Sequence record: DRR723986_75299
Reading direction: 5' to 3' (one strand)
Length of the DNA stretch: 40,083 nucleotides
Position numbers and translations under genes: made by a program. The notes under the pieces are model-generated. The model was not told the origin of the DNA, did no database searches, and was given only the letters and a program-made list of their open reading frames with translations. This document shows positions 38,331 through 40,083 of the stretch, piece after piece. The first letter of the stretch is position 1, and each line of letters starts with the position of its first letter.

Positions 38331-39116
38331 ATGAAAATTTTCTTGCTTATAGCGAATGTGATGCTTGCCGGCATCTTATTTGGTCAGGTTTTAGATGGCG
38401 CGCAACAGACGAACATGTTCGTGCATGCCAATAAAGGGTTGTCATTCAGAGCAGCACCGAGTTCATCTTCAGATAAAATTGAAACGCTCAGTTACGGCAC
38501 CGAAGTAGTGATAGCAGAATATGTAGGAGAACCAATAGAAATCAATGGCTTTACAGGGCGTTGGGCCAAATTATACATTGACAAGCAAGAAGGTTATGTG
38601 TTTGATGCCTATCTGTCTGACTGGCCAGTTGTGATTACTGAAGATTTTCACCCACACCTCTCCGATTATATCTATGCCATGGGAGATTGGGTGGATGGTG
38701 ACAAAAACTGCACGATTGATGACGATACCCTTACCGTCAAAAGCACCTTTGAACAAGGCGATTATCAATTTACCGGTGATGAATGTGATGCAGATGAAAC
38801 CTTGAACTTGAAGGACATAAGCGTGCAAGAGGCCTACATCATTTTTTCAGGATTCATTCCTACTTACGGCGGCTTTTCATTTACCAGAAACAACTTTACA
38901 TGGGACCAAGCAGATGGTGTATTTGTGTATGATTTTACCAATAATGACGATCAATTCTCGCGTTGGTATCATGTCACCTGCACGAGAGACGAGCATGATG
39001 AGTTTGATTATATAGAGGTGTATTTTGACTGGGAAGGCGGCGGAGGCTGGATAAAAATCACAGAGAACACAGCCATTAATGGTGTTGTGGTAAAGAAGTA
39101 TTACGGCTGTCATTGA
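38331..39116 (+). CDS. exported protein with N-terminal bacterial SH3 domain
   Basis: Signal peptide, GLSFRAAPSSSS..I.TL.YGTEV...GRW...EGYVFDAYLS, acidic C-domain. Confidence 0.82.
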   Translation: MKIFLLIANVMLAGILFGQVLDGAQQTNMFVHANKGLSFRAAPSSSSDKIETLSYGTEVVIAEYVGEPIEINGFTGRWAKLYIDKQEGYVFDAYLSDWPVVITEDFHPHLSDYIYAMGDWVDGDKNCTIDDDTLTVKSTFEQGDYQFTGDECDADETLNLKDISVQEAYIIFSGFIPTYGGFSFTRNNFTWDQADGVFVYDFTNNDDQFSRWYHVTCTRDEHDEFDYIEVYFDWEGGGGWIKITENTAINGVVVKKYYGCH

Positions 39117-39255
39117 GGGAATTGCGGGTTTTACGGTATTTACTCCCTTTTTATTAACAGTGGACGGTATTTAGGGTTTGATTATTTATCTTGGTGGGAG
39201 AAAATATAAAAAAGGATAAGCCTACTGGGTTTATTTGAAAGTTTACATTAATAAA

Positions 39256-40050
39256 ATGGACGCAATAAAAGAGTTTGTAGCTGAGTACTCAGAAATTTTA
39301 ACCATTGCAAGTATAGTCATTGGTATATTTGGAGTTGTACTTGCCATCATTTTCTACATCAAGTCTAAAAAGAAAAAGGAACTTAAGTATTTTACAAGGA
39401 GTTTTAACCTTGTTCATGAATCCTTGTCAGAAGTACCCAAACTTGAAATTAAGTATAACAAGAATGAAGTAAAATCTTTGACAATTACCCGCATTGCTTT
39501 TTGGAATTCTGGCAGTGAAACTGTTGAAGGAACAGACAGCGTTAAATTGGATCCCGTTAGAATAGGAATTTCTGAAGAAGGTTTAATTTACAGTATTGAA
39601 ATTGAAAGTAAAACTGCTGATTCAAATAATTTTAACCTAGTGCCTTTTGGTGAAAACGAATTTCAACTAACCTTTGATTATATCGATAAGAGTGAAGGAT
39701 GTTCAGTTAAAATTTTTCACTCAGGCTCAATTAAGAATGAATTATATGTAAATGGTAAAATTAAAGGAGGTGAATTGAACTACCAATCACCGAATGATGA
39801 TTTTATCAAAACCACGAATAGAATTGACAAATTACTTGGAAAGATAATTGGTACCCAACTTGTTTTGTTAACTATGCGCACCTCCTGGCTTATTTATCTC
39901 ATTGCAACATTTATCTTAATATTTGCTGCATTTTTTAAGTCTGACTGGAAAATTGGAGTCATTGCGGTTATCACAGCGTTTGCTTCAATTGCCATGTACC
40001 CACGTAAATCAGTTCCAAAAGAGGTGAAAGACCTGTTCAATAAAAACTAA
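39256..40050 (+). CDS. hypothetical membrane protein (1 N-terminal and 2-3 C-terminal TM helices)
   Basis: Hydrophobic termini around a soluble beta-rich domain (FWNSGSET). ATG 39256 preferred over TTG 39235. Confidence 0.75.
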   Translation: MDAIKEFVAEYSEILTIASIVIGIFGVVLAIIFYIKSKKKKELKYFTRSFNLVHESLSEVPKLEIKYNKNEVKSLTITRIAFWNSGSETVEGTDSVKLDPVRIGISEEGLIYSIEIESKTADSNNFNLVPFGENEFQLTFDYIDKSEGCSVKIFHSGSIKNELYVNGKIKGGELNYQSPNDDFIKTTNRIDKLLGKIIGTQLVLLTMRTSWLIYLIATFILIFAAFFKSDWKIGVIAVITAFASIAMYPRKSVPKEVKDLFNKN

Positions 40051-40083
40051 TGTTAACATATTAAGTAAATATCATTTCCGTCC

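Overview
AT-rich, gene-dense chromosomal window from a Bacteroidota bacterium, probably Flavobacteriales (Crocinitomicaceae-like). This is inferred from TAnnTTTG -7 promoter boxes, absence of Shine-Dalgarno sites, and the mix of SpoIIE/PP2C, SiaC, WG-repeat, TonB-C and TlpA genes. About 40 CDSs: housekeeping (rarA, menA, trmD, elbB, ABC-F, lpxK-PNP-gatB-TlpA-TlpA-lpxH), envelope/lipoprotein genes, signalling genes (two PP2C phosphatases, tandem siaC), an AAC(3)-family acetyltransferase and a secreted WD40-caspase. No tRNA, rRNA, CRISPR or intact mobile element was seen. The best signals are missing from the ORF track: (i) a 46-aa CC-x9-C-x2-CP mini-protein behind a perfect Fur-box-like palindrome (8227-8398); (ii) a 33-aa single-TM protein directly after the ABC-F gene (9325-9426); (iii) a candidate ~67-nt ECF-sigma sRNA upstream of the cold-shock gene (30198-30298); (iv) a REP-like hairpin plus heptamer array between rarA and menA; (v) an MFS gene whose N-terminus lacks a canonical start. 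All family calls come from motif recognition; no searches were run.
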